Shown: positions 53,800 through 64,000, counted from the stretch's first letter. The stretch is 64,000 nucleotides of DNA from Cyanidioschyzon merolae (GCA_000091205.1 AP006489.2); one strand, 5' to 3'. Notes: generated by a model not told the origin, from the sequence alone. Translations and numbers: made by a program.

Positions 53800-54380
53800 G
53801 TGATCGTTCATGGAATGCACGATCGTTTAGCGACGCGGGCTATTGCTAGGCACCCACCAGTGGGTAGGCGCAGAAAGCGCACTGGGCCCGTGTGCGCATC
53901 CGATTCGCTGGACCTTTTGCCCAGAGGGTGGCTTGGGCGCGAATGTCCGCCAGGCCGCCGCCTGTCTGTGGCGCACGAACGCTTGCTTCATCGGTCGGTG
54001 CATGCGACGGGCGTATGCAAAGGGTTACACCCTGGATGCTCCTCTCGGTTTGCGCATCCGGTGCTGTACTCTGCGATCATGGGCCTCTTCTGGGCGATTG
54101 CCTCGGCGAGTGCTCTGTCTGCTGTAAACACAAGCGCAAGCGGTTTTACTAGATAGCGGTTATGTTGCATGGGATTTCATATTCTTGATGAAACAGGTAC
54201 CGGGAGGAAAATCCAGGCTGGAGCAGAAGTCGAGAAATGTCGATCTGCCAATGCTCCTTTCGTCCAAATAAGCGACGCCCTGGACATGGAAGCGATCGCC
54301 ACGATGGCTGAATTCCGAGTCCGAGGCCTTTTTCCAGGCACACAGAAGAGACGGAACCCCCTGGGGGCATAGTCCATAAG
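53800..54380 (+). repeat. Interspersed repeat family B, copy 4 (the most diverged)
   Basis: It carries blocks from the other copies: 'gcttcatcggtcggtgcatgc', 'gatcatgggcctcttctgggcgattgcctcggcgagtgc', 'gatgaaacagg' and the terminal 'ccctgggggcatagtcc'. Confidence 0.5.
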
Positions 54381-54995
54381 ATGCAATGCCGCTGCCTGGT
54401 GCCGTTCCCGTGAAGGCCACAAAGAGAGGAGTCTATGTCTGTCATTCGGAATCAATTATGATTTGATTTGACAAGTTCTCGGAAAGTTCGGCTGGAGCTT
54501 GTGTCCAAACAGCGTCAGGCCGACGTCGAGTGTGTTTTTCCTCGTCAGGCCAGCGGCACGAGTTGCTGCATCCATGCATTGCCATGAGATCGAAGTATAG
54601 AAAATTTGGAGAATGCATGGTTTCGGCATGCGGGACGTTTGCAACATTAGAAAATTGGAGGTGTGTACATACGCACTGGATAACGATATTCGTTATTCTA
54701 CGAGCACGCGTTCACTAGCGACGCCAATCATGACGAATTCGTTGACAGCACGCATTCTGGCGGCAGCGTCCCAAAAGATCGATTCCGATGAACGCGACCG
54801 TGAAACCCAAAACAACGAATGATTCGATGAGCCCTGATTCATGACCTTCGAAAGCCGAACCTGTACAGCTTCAAAAAAACTTTCGGAAAAATATTCCAAT
54901 GGTACGAACAGAGCAACCAGTTTAGCGTTCGGTTTTCCGCTTTACGGATTCAAAGCACCGCACCTGGTGCAAGCCGCAACTGCAGCGCGGCGCCA

Positions 54996-55590
54996 GCGCG
55001 GACGCCCACCCCCTGCCAGCGTGGGGCCCATGGAGGTATCGTCTGCTTAGTCTCTAAAGTGGTAATCTATGGTAGTTTTATGCAGAATGACTTGGCAGGC
55101 GCTATGGACCGCGAGGGCGCTGCGCTCGCGTAGCAGATCGTGCAGTTTTATGCGTTGGTAATATAGTGACGCGCATGCGCTTGCGCGGACGCCCACTCCC
55201 TGCCAGCGTGGGGCCCATGGAGGTATCGTCTGCTTAGTCTCTAAAGTGGTAATCTATGGTAGTTTTATGCAGAATGACTTGGCAGGCGCTATGGACCGCG
55301 AGGGCGCTGCGCTCGCGTAGCAGATCGTGCAGTTTTATGCGTTGGTAATATAGTGACGCGCATGCGCTTGCGCGGACGCCCACTCCCTGCCAGCGTGGGG
55401 CCCATGGAGGTATCGTCTGCTTAGTCTCTAAAGTGGTAATCTATGGTAGTTTTATGCAGAATGACTTGGCAGGCGCTATGGACCGCGAGGGCGCTGCGCT
55501 CGCGTAGCATATCGTGCAGTTTTATGCGTTGGAGATATAGTGACGCGCATGCGCTTGCGCGGACGGCTATTACTTGCCAAAGCTGACCAT
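54996..55590. repeat. Tandem array of ~3.1 copies of a ~187-bp unit, immediately upstream of and running into the annotated start of the bilin reductase ORF.
   Basis: Unit starts ('gcgcggacgcccac.ccctgccagcgtggggcccatggaggtatcg...') fall at 54996, 55184, 55370 and a partial one at 55558. Copies differ by only a few substitutions. Periods are 186-188 bp. Confidence 0.85.
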
Positions 55591-56526
55591 CCTGCCGCTT
55601 CACTTGAGCTGTGTGTACGCATGGCTTTTCTTGCAAGCAGTTGCGTAACAACTGCGCATCCGCTAACCCGTCGTTCAGCGAAGCAGCGCTGTGCGGCAGG
55701 GGTCCACGTGCGTCGCGCGTTGCTGGCCTCAGGTGCTGCTGGCGAGCGAAGGTTGCGGCGCGTGCAGCACCCACTGATTCAAAGACTCGCTGAGGGCATA
55801 GAGCGCACTTGGCAGACAGAGCTGCATGACCTTGCGCCGTTTCACCTACCAGAGGACCTAGGCTACATCGAAGGGAAACTCGAAGGCGAGAGAGTCGTTA
55901 TCGAGAATGTCTGTCATCAGAGTCCGGCCTTTCGAAAAATGCATCTGGAGCTAGCACGTGTCGGGACCTCCCAGACCGCGTCCTTGGATATTCTGCACTG
56001 TGTTATGTTCCCGTGCGCTGGGCGCGTCGGAACCAATGTACCCATGTTCGGCTGTGATATTGTAGCGGGACGGGGAGCGGTATCCGCAGCGATCGTCGAC
56101 CTGTCGCCAGTCAGCGCCTCGCGAGAACTGCCGCCGAGCTACCGAGACGCACTGCAGTCGCCGGAAATGGCTGCGCTTCGACGTTTTCGCCAGGTACGCG
56201 AGTTGCCGGCTTGGGGTCGCGAGATCTTCTCCGAATTCTGCGTTTTCATACGCCCGGTGCAGACACCCGAATGCAATGAAGAGGATCGCTTCGTGGATTT
56301 AGTATTGCGGATGCTCCGGATTCACTGCCATCTAGCACAGAAGAGCACGAGCACACCACATCTGGACCAGGTAAGAGAGGCCCTGGAGGGCCAGATTCAC
56401 TACTGTCGAAAACAGCAGGAGAATGACAAAACGCGCCGTGTCCTGGAGAGTGCTTTCGGTAAACCCTGGACGGAGCGCTACATTAGCACGGTGTTGTTTG
56501 ATTCGCCGGTGCTGGCAGCGAACTAG
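55540..56526 (+). CDS. pcyA: Ferredoxin-dependent bilin reductase, PcyA-like (phycocyanobilin:ferredoxin oxidoreductase family), with a transit-peptide-like N-terminus.
   Basis: '[12 protein letters not shown]...DILHCVMFP...[23 protein letters not shown]' closely matches remembered PcyA/FDBR core motifs ([26 protein letters not shown]...VSAAIADLSP). The N-terminal ~90 aa are R/A/S-rich. The first annotated Met lies inside the last tandem repeat unit, so the real start is probably M27 ('MAFLASS'). Confidence 0.75.
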   Translation: MTRMRLRGRLLLAKADHPAASLELCVRMAFLASSCVTTAHPLTRRSAKQRCAAGVHVRRALLASGAAGERRLRRVQHPLIQRLAEGIERTWQTELHDLAPFHLPEDLGYIEGKLEGERVVIENVCHQSPAFRKMHLELARVGTSQTASLDILHCVMFPCAGRVGTNVPMFGCDIVAGRGAVSAAIVDLSPVSASRELPPSYRDALQSPEMAALRRFRQVRELPAWGREIFSEFCVFIRPVQTPECNEEDRFVDLVLRMLRIHCHLAQKSTSTPHLDQVREALEGQIHYCRKQQENDKTRRVLESAFGKPWTERYISTVLFDSPVLAAN

Positions 56527-57070
56527 ATTACCTTTTGGTAATGCTGTCAAGTGAGTACATGTACAACACGCAAGATGCATTTAGCATTGTAGTCGAGTGG
56601 AGTTCTAGGAGCCGCTCGGTACAAGCTCTTTTCCTGTTGCAGTGCCACGGCGGCGCGGTGTCGTCAGCTGGCGAAGAGGCCTCCACCAGAACCTGAACGT
56701 AAGCGACGCCGCGCTGTACGCTGCCTATTCACCGAGGACGCATCCATGAAACCAACGTGAAACGCATGGCAATGCCGCATGGGTCGTAACGCGAATGCGA
56801 ATGCCGCACAGCGCCTTTTGCATGACGATGATGGATGCAAACCTCCCGATATTTGTGTCGAGTGCCGGATGATGACTGGATGCACGTGCACGTGAAGTCG
56901 AATGGACAGGATGCTGCGGCTGGTACAGCGGCATCGGTCGCTGCCTGCACGGTACAAGCTGTCATGGAATGCGCGCCACTCGAGGGCATTCCATAATAGG
57001 ATATGTGCTCGCTTTGCGCTGGGGTCATGTTGGGAGTACCTGCAACGCGCATCATGCGTTGGACCAGACC

Positions 57071-57672
57071 GGCGCGAATGGAGTCTAGAGTGGGTATCGT
57101 CGAAAAATACAAGTCTATGATCGTTGACGAATTGCCCACGACAATCGTTACCAGTAGAAAGAGATAGAGAGAGAGCTATGCGGCGCGTCAGGCTTGCTTA
57201 GTCGCTGAACCCCTCCATACCAGTCCCTTGATCAACGCGAGCATCCAGAGCGGTATCTCCTGGTCACCGAGTTTTTGCATCGGAATGCAGCTGCGTTTCA
57301 GTACAATGGCCGCACAGAGTGCGAAACGAGTCTCGTTCAAGTTCGCTCGACACGAAACCGCTGGACGCGACTGAAGCGCAGGACATTTCCGGGTATCGAT
57401 CGCTGCATGCAAGTAGCGGTTCGGAAAGTGCATGCCCTGCTGGGTACTGGTGGCATCGCAACACAGCAAGTGTCACCACCAGGTCGATAGTCGCGCCATC
57501 TGATGTTGCATCAGTTACCCGATGTACGATCTTGTGAGTCTGGCTATGTTTCACGCGCCTCTACGCTGCCGGATTCAACAGGCACCTGTGCTCGCGATAC
57601 ACGTACTTTGTCCTTATTCATTCGCGAAACTCGCATAGATCCGATTGCTGGACTCGGTGTATGCTCCTGTCG
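57071..57672 (+). repeat. ~600-bp dispersed direct repeat, copy 2 (pairs with 49426-50029)
   Basis: Only isolated substitutions separate the two copies across ~600 bp, e.g. 'gaggtagag' vs 'gagatagag', 'ctcagtcg' vs 'cttagtcg', 'gtcctttgatc' vs 'gtcccttgatc'. The flanking sequences are unrelated. Confidence 0.8.
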
Positions 57673-59866
57673 ATGGAGCTGGGGTGTGGATTTTGCGGGC
57701 GGCAGCGCATCCAGCACCATAGGCTATTACCGAACGATGAGACTGGCATGTCATTTTTTCTGGTGCACTGAATAAATTGGCGAATGCACGCGTCTTGGCT
57801 CCGAACAATCAAACCCATTCGCGACGTGAGCCCGGTCTTTTGAACTCCTGCAAATGATCGTTTGCGCATAAGATGTAAAGACGTTCATGTACACGCTGAA
57901 TAAAACCTCCAATGTATCTCGCTCCGCTCCATGCAGTACGGGGTGCATCGACATGCGTTCTGACGTGGTCATGTCGCTCGTTGGTATGCCTCGTGACGCC
58001 CATTTAACTCGAATTTCGATCAAAACAAACGCTGGAGTGATAGAGTATCTGCATTCGGCTCGGGTCTTTGGCTTCATCCCCTTGATTTAGCGGCCTTGGC
58101 GACGACCGCGACACCGTGAACTACGGGTTCCAGGCTCACCACGAGGCTTTTCTCGTTGTCAATTGTGAACGGTTGGCAGTGAAGCTCGTTGCTCGACTCT
58201 GGTCCAGATGCTGCGAACTGCATGCAGATTGATGTTCCGTGGGTCTCCCGTATCCCTGAAAACTTCTATCTATTTGTTTCCTGTAAAACGAGAAACAATG
58301 TACGCGCTACGCCAATCCTTTTCGCAAAGCTGTTTGAGTCGTTCGTAGTTGCTCGCAGTAACTAGCTCCTTCTTCGCCTTGTCTTTTACTTGGCGGGTTG
58401 GTATACATAGGGTCACTGTACGCGATATACGGTTATTTTACTCGGAATGCAGACGAACGGAATGGGCAGCGGTACCAAATTTCGCCTTTTATAATCGTAT
58501 ACCCTCTATTGTACAAGTGGCGTTTCTTATCTTCTCCGCCGAATGCACGTCCATGGACCGAAGCGTGTCCCTCTGCTCCCGAGCGTATTCGAGCAGGAAA
58601 GCAACCCCGCAATTCATGGCTGGCGAAAGTGGACACGGACTTGTCTACTGGTACATTAGTAATAAATAGTGTTTTGTCAACAGAGAAGACGCTTTCAATT
58701 TGAATGAACCGGAATGAATAGGCTGGTTCGAAGAGCACCTCAACGACGCACTGCGCTCCATGGTCGTTGTTGATTGACGGAAAACGACCTTGTCGAAAAG
58801 CAGGACAAAAGCATGCCGGTCGGAGATCCCACGAAACGTGCTTCGACGACAGATGAGGTTTCCCATGACCCTTCCTGTATGGCAACTTGTCAGCGATTCC
58901 ATGACAGCGTCGCCACACGGGCTGATCTCGTCTCCATGTTCGCTTGATTCTCCTTTCCGAAAAGCGGCTCTCCCATTTTTGAGAACGCAATATCCATCGC
59001 CTCTATTTTCCCACGAATAACGTCCGATCGAATGAGGCGTTCATCCGTTCCTACTGAAACAAGCGTTTCCATTGCAGCACCAAGTCGATTACGCGACACA
59101 GAACGCACGAGCGAGTCTCGCCGCTGAAGCGCGCTTCTCCCTGGCTCCACCCGAGTATCTCTATCAGCCTCGGTATGAAGCATCCTGGAACTGCATATAT
59201 GCTGTGCCTCTCATGCTGGTGTTTCCTGGAGCATGCACGTCGTGGAATGATCTGAGCAGCACGCTCAAGTGTAGAGAACATGTATGGTGCATTCTGCTTT
59301 TTTTTGAGCGCACGACGTCCATGATCTCGACAACGACCGGGACGATTCATGCGTTCTCTCTGACCCTCGTATGACGAACTTGTAAGCGTCGGGTCTGTCG
59401 TTGACCAGCCAGCAGTGACGCCATCGAGTCTCATCGCGAGCTTTCGCCGACCAACAGGAATCGTTCTTGTTGTTGAATACCACCGAGAGGACCGAATAAA
59501 ACCAGAAACGGCATGCTGGTACGGGCATTCCGGATAAGCACAAGCACGTCAGTGGTCGATACCTTTACGTCACGCGCATCCTCAGCACCGATTCCTACGT
59601 ACCCTAGTCTCTATAGTTGCTCATAACTGAGACGAATATGACGGAACATGTCGCTCGCCTCCTTCGATTCGCATGCCGCTCACGACCGTCTCCGCGAGAC
59701 GTGCACACTTCACGCTGCGAAAGAGGAGAGCGCTCTCACCTGAGCGCTTTCCAGTTGACCGTATGTAGAAGAGAAACTGCTTTTCGTGGAGATATCTCCC
59801 GTGAAGCCCACGCAGCGCCAACCCTGTGCCACAAAGACCGCACGATTCTAATACCATCACTGCTAT

Positions 59867-62800
59867 TTACGAACCTTGGAGTAATCGGGAAACTTCCTCT
59901 TGCAGAGCTGCAAGTGCGGCATCCAGCGAGGTAGCATCACGGCCGCCTGCCTGGGCTTGGGTAGGTTTTCCACCACCGCCACCGCGGCACCGCTTTGCTG
60001 CCGCCTGTAGTAACCGACCCATATGCACGGGCGTCTCGCTAGCCACGAGCGGTGTACAGCGGCCGACCATGATCACTTGTTGCGCACTGGGTGCTGCTGC
60101 TGCTGCTAGCACTACGATACCTCGATCACCAAGTTGCGAGAGGATGGCGTCGGCAGCGGCACCGAGGATATCGTTGTCCCAGGAGCCGAGCGCCGTTCCC
60201 ACTGCGTCTACTTGATCCAGACGCTTGATGAGCAACGCCACCGGCTTGCCAGTCTCTTGTCTGAGCTGCTGCGTTGGCAAGCAGCGCATTGCGAGCGCTT
60301 TGGCAAGCTCTGTGCGCGCACTCGCCGCCTGTCGCTCTAGCAGCTTGTTTTCGTTCAGTAATGCCTCAGCTCGTGCCACGAGCTCGGCGCTTTGGGTCAC
60401 CCGCAAAGTCTGCTGCAGGGTACGCACCAAGAGATCCCGCTGGTTCAGGAAATCGCGAGCGGCCTGCCCGCATATCGCCTCAATCCGCCGAACACCCGAG
60501 GATATGCTACTCTCGCTTAGGACATGAAAGAGGCCAACTTCTGCTGTGTTGCGGACATGGGTGCCTCCACAAAGCTCCATAGAGACCCCTGGCACATTGA
60601 CGACCCGCACCACATCACCGTACTTTTCGCCGAACATCGCGATTGCACCGCGCTGAACCGCTTCCGGATACGGCAGATGCTCTACGATCAACGGATGTGC
60701 TTCGTCAATCCACTGATTGACGAGCTCACTCACCAGCTCCAGTTCACGGTCGGTGAGCGCTCTCGGAGCCGTAAAATCAAAGCGTAGACGCTCTGAGTCG
60801 ACAAGCGACCCCGCCTGGGCGACCTGATCAGCACCAAGGACTTGGCGGAGTGCAGCCTGCAGAAGATGCGTACCTGTGTGGTGTGCCCGAATCCGACGAC
60901 GACGGGCTGCGTCAATACGAGCGGTTACGACGTCACCCACGTGTAGGTCAGCAGAGGTGCCATCCAGGGAGGCTGTATGGATCCAGGCATTGCCCAGCTG
61001 TTGCACGTCGGCAACTCGTAGCGCTATTCGCGGTTCCCGCTGCACCAGCTGCAATTCACCGGTGTCGGCAACCTGTCCTCCGCCTTCAGCATAGAAGGGG
61101 GTGCGGTCCAAAATGACTTGCACTTTGTTCAGCGACCCTTCGGGTACGCTGGCGAGGCTCTGCACTGCCTTGCCATCCACGATAAGGGCCACAATGCGCG
61201 CAGTGGCGACTTGCTCCTGCTCGTAACCAACAAACTCGGTACGGTCTATAGCGGTGCCGTTGCCGCCCAGCTGTGCGACAAGTTCGCTCTCGGCGGGCAG
61301 ATCGATGCTACCCGGTCGACCGCGCTCACGTGCTCGTGCTCGTTGTGCCTCCATACAGCGCTGGAAGGCGTCCATATCGATCTGGAGACCCTGCTCAGCA
61401 GCGATTTCCTGTGTCATCTCAACGGGAAAGCCGTACGTGTCGTAGAGCTCGAAAGCGTCCTCCCCTGAGATATGCCCCCGATTTTCGCGCAAAAGTTCAG
61501 CGAGTAGGGCTTCACCACGTTCCAGCGTTTGCCGAAAACGCACTTCCTCCATCTGCAACTCTCGTGTGATACGAGCGCGATGCTCAGCAACGTGCAAGTA
61601 GCCGGCGTCTGCGGCTAGCGCTACGGCAGTGCCCGCGACCACTTCAGTGAACGCCTGCTCAATACCCAGTTGACGCCCGTGACGAACCATACGGCGAATG
61701 AGGCGCCGCAGCACATACCCACGCCCCAGGTTTGAGGGCTGCACGCCGTCTGCTAACAGGTGGACGACGGCTCGAGCGTGGTCTGCAACGATCTTCGCAG
61801 AAACTCGTTCGCGTTCAGATAGGGAAGCGTACGCCCGGCCGGCAAGCTCCGCCGTCTTGTCAAGCAACGGCCGCATCAGGTCCGTCTCGTAGTTATTCGG
61901 TACACCCTGGAGCACCTGCGCGATTCGCTCCAGTCCCATACCGGTGTCAATGTTTCTGGCTTGCAGGGGCATAAGGCGTCCTTCGGTATCTCGATTAAAC
62001 TCCATGAAAACCAAATTGTACAGTTCAATAAAACGCTCATCGTCATTGAGGTCCAGAATACCCGTTCCGGCGGTGGCCGGCGGCACGCTCGTCTCGTGTC
62101 CGCCGGATGCGACATTCGTGCCCAGCTCCGGCTTAAAGTCGTAGTAGACTTCTGAGCAAGGCCCACAGGGACCGGTCGGTCCACTCGACCAGAAGTTATC
62201 GGTTTCGCTCATGCGAACGATGCGGTGTTCGGGGAGTCCCACCACGTCACGCCAGATCTCGTAGGCCTCCTGATCAGCGTGCAGAACGGATACACAGAGT
62301 CGTTCGCGCGGAATGCCGTACACCTCGGTAATGAGCTCCCAAGCCCACCGGATCGATTGCTCTTTGAAATAATCACCGAAGGAAAAATTTCCCAGCATTT
62401 CAAAAAAGGTGTGGTGTCGTTTGGTGCGTCCAACGTTCTCGATATCATTCGTGCGCAAGCACCGCTGCGCTGAGACTGCTCTTGGGGGATCCGGAGGCTG
62501 CCGCTGCCCCAGAAAGATCGGCTTGAAGGGCACCATGCCCGCTATCGTGAGCAGAATCGTGGGGTCGTCCGGAACCAGAGACGCGGACGGCACAACCCGG
62601 TGTCCTCTTTGCTGATAAAACTCCAGAAACGCAGCCCTAATTTCGTTTGATGATAAGCGTTTTCCGACAGCTACGCGTTCCGCTGCTTTCTTGCGGGCAG
62701 TCGCCTCAGGCGATAAGGTTGCTATCAGCGCCGGGCGAGCACTCCGTTGTGGTCGAGAGAGCGCTCGTTCTCTCTTCGCATACCGATTGATACGTGGACA

Positions 62801-63010
62801 CCACTTCCAACGCGGTAGTGTCCCAGTAGCGTAGTCTCGTAGTGACCATGGTGTCGACCAGGACACCAGGTTGCGCGGCACAAGTTGGCGCAGGCTCGTC
62901 GTTGCCCACTGCATACCTTGTGGTGAATTGGCGAAGCCAAAGGTGTGTTCTTTCAGGTCCATGAGGAACAGCACTCCAGCGCCTTGCTCCGTATGTCTGA
63001 AGTTCCGCAC
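59867..63010 (-). CDS. AARS: Alanyl-tRNA synthetase of bacterial/organellar type, with a ~120-aa N-terminal presequence.
   Basis: The class II AlaRS catalytic core reads 'FLEFYQQRGHRVVPSASLV...FTIAGMVPFKPIF'. An editing domain with the HxxxH...CGGTHV motif ('CGGTHVRNTAEVG') is present. The C-terminal DHHA1-like 'GGGGGKPTQAQAGG' is typical of bacterial AlaRS. The N-terminal extension precedes the conserved 'IRAAFLEFYQQRGH'. Confidence 0.95.
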   Translation of the reverse strand: MRNFRHTEQGAGVLFLMDLKEHTFGFANSPQGMQWATTSLRQLVPRNLVSWSTPWSLRDYATGTLPRWKWCPRINRYAKRERALSRPQRSARPALIATLSPEATARKKAAERVAVGKRLSSNEIRAAFLEFYQQRGHRVVPSASLVPDDPTILLTIAGMVPFKPIFLGQRQPPDPPRAVSAQRCLRTNDIENVGRTKRHHTFFEMLGNFSFGDYFKEQSIRWAWELITEVYGIPRERLCVSVLHADQEAYEIWRDVVGLPEHRIVRMSETDNFWSSGPTGPCGPCSEVYYDFKPELGTNVASGGHETSVPPATAGTGILDLNDDERFIELYNLVFMEFNRDTEGRLMPLQARNIDTGMGLERIAQVLQGVPNNYETDLMRPLLDKTAELAGRAYASLSERERVSAKIVADHARAVVHLLADGVQPSNLGRGYVLRRLIRRMVRHGRQLGIEQAFTEVVAGTAVALAADAGYLHVAEHRARITRELQMEEVRFRQTLERGEALLAELLRENRGHISGEDAFELYDTYGFPVEMTQEIAAEQGLQIDMDAFQRCMEAQRARARERGRPGSIDLPAESELVAQLGGNGTAIDRTEFVGYEQEQVATARIVALIVDGKAVQSLASVPEGSLNKVQVILDRTPFYAEGGGQVADTGELQLVQREPRIALRVADVQQLGNAWIHTASLDGTSADLHVGDVVTARIDAARRRRIRAHHTGTHLLQAALRQVLGADQVAQAGSLVDSERLRFDFTAPRALTDRELELVSELVNQWIDEAHPLIVEHLPYPEAVQRGAIAMFGEKYGDVVRVVNVPGVSMELCGGTHVRNTAEVGLFHVLSESSISSGVRRIEAICGQAARDFLNQRDLLVRTLQQTLRVTQSAELVARAEALLNENKLLERQAASARTELAKALAMRCLPTQQLRQETGKPVALLIKRLDQVDAVGTALGSWDNDILGAAADAILSQLGDRGIVVLAAAAAPSAQQVIMVGRCTPLVASETPVHMGRLLQAAAKRCRGGGGGKPTQAQAGGRDATSLDAALAALQEEVSRLLQGS

Positions 63011-63233
63011 AGTCAGTAAAACCGGTCTTTGACACCTTCACGATGAGAAAGACGACGTCTCGAAAATGCAGAGGCGTATCGTGCTCACACCTCGCTCGCC
63101 GGTGGACTAGCACGGCTGATGGTACGGGAGCCGGGGCGAACGTCGCATCTCCGGCCGGCGGTCGGTGGCTTGATCATCACCTGGCTCAGCGAGGTACAGC
63201 ATTGAGCATCTGAGCGGTTGTATGGTACTCTGG

Positions 63234-63545
63234 ACGGAGCTGGTGAAGGAAACGCAGCTATGATAGATCTCTCGTTGTTGTATAGGCTGTATAGAGCAAT
63301 ATAGGCGAAAGAGAACGCAACCGATTCCTGTTTATCAATGAATGAACACTCTCTGGTCAAGCAGGTGTCTCTGGATAACGTTCTTTTTTGGAGATTTCGA
63401 CGGAGCTGGTGAAGGAAACGCAGCTATGATAGATCTCTCGTTGTTACATAGGCTGTATAGAGCAATATAGGCGAAAGAGAACGCAACCGATTCCTGTTTA
63501 TCAATGAATGAACACTCTCTGGTGAAGCAGGTGTCTCTCGATAGA
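63234..63545. repeat. Tandem duplication (~165-bp period, ~1.9 copies) in the 5' flank of the AlaRS gene
   Basis: 'acggagctggtgaaggaaacgcagctatgatagatctctcgttgtt..ataggctgtatagagcaatataggcgaaagagaacgcaaccgattcctgtttatcaatgaatgaacactctctggt.aagcaggtgtctct' occurs twice, with starts at about 63234 and 63399. Confidence 0.75.
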
Positions 63546-64000
63546 GAATTAGCAGCCTGATGTCGCGGGTCTGTCGAGAGCAGACTCCTTCAGGCGACAC
63601 ACAGCTTGCTGAGCTGCTGTGCCCAAACGGCATTTCTGTAGGGCATTGCGAGCTTAGTGCCTCCCAGTGCTGGGCTTGGGTCGGAACAACGCCGGTTCTT
63701 GCCTCGAACAGCGTCGCTTTCGGGGTACACTGCACCAGAGTTTCCCAGCGAACGCGCGGCAGAGTCCCAGCTGCTTCTGGCGCGTGTGCTCGTACAGCGC
63801 AGCGTCATCGCACTTGGTCCAACTCGCAAAGCAATCCGTCCTAGCGGACTGCTATGCAGCCACTGCGGTGTTTCCAGCTGCGTTTGGTGTGCGAAACAGA
63901 CGGCAATAGGTCCAGCATGCACTGCACTGCCATGATGCCAACGAAACAGCTCCCTGAAGTAGACAGGGAGACTCGCGATCTAGTTCCGGTGCCGTGAACG

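Noticed and set aside
54996-55590. A possibility that the regularly spaced 187-bp direct repeats are a CRISPR-like array.
   Set aside because: The units are 187 bp and contiguous, with no short unique spacers. The context is eukaryotic and there are no cas genes. It is a tandem minisatellite or promoter duplication.
1-64000. tRNA genes
   Set aside because: Manual scan for T-loop (GGTTCGAATCC / GGTTCAAGTCC and reverse complements) and for D-arm patterns found no convincing candidate. The hairpin 'gttcaagtgtgaac' at ~46757 lacks the tRNA context. tRNAscan-SE would be decisive.

Overview
This window reads as GC-rich (~55-58%) eukaryotic nuclear DNA with apparently intron-free genes on both strands (about 22 recognisable protein genes, roughly 1 per 2.7-3 kb). 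Three things point to a unicellular red alga (Cyanidiales/Porphyridium-like): a NOX/ferric-reductase with a 4-TM insertion splitting its NADPH-binding domain, a PcyA-type ferredoxin-dependent bilin reductase with a transit-peptide-like N-terminus, and a bacterial-type alanyl-tRNA synthetase with an N-terminal presequence. The species cannot be named from sequence alone. Other housekeeping genes include BET3, glycine-cleavage T protein, an acid-sphingomyelinase-like phosphoesterase, Rpn5, Rpp29, a p24 cargo receptor, a SAP30-like Sin3-binding protein, a ZIP transporter, an amino-acid transporter, UTP21/WDR36, FEN1, a TKL-type protein kinase and RPS15. The most unusual content is: (i) a convergent pair of bacterial-type queuosine-precursor genes, QueF (preQ0 reductase) and a QueD/PTPS-family gene; (ii) a secreted homolog of the bacterial periplasmic Fe/Cu-binding P19/Ftp protein, with exact spacing of the metal-ligand residues; (iii) two families of diverged interspersed non-coding repeats (A, ~150-bp core, 3 copies; B, ~570 bp, 4 copies), adjacent once as a composite; (iv) a near-identical ~600-bp direct repeat pair bracketing the kinase, RPS15 and bilin reductase genes; (v) tandem duplications of 100-190 bp units in the 5' flanks of at least four genes. 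No tRNA, rRNA or CRISPR features could be supported from sequence alone.
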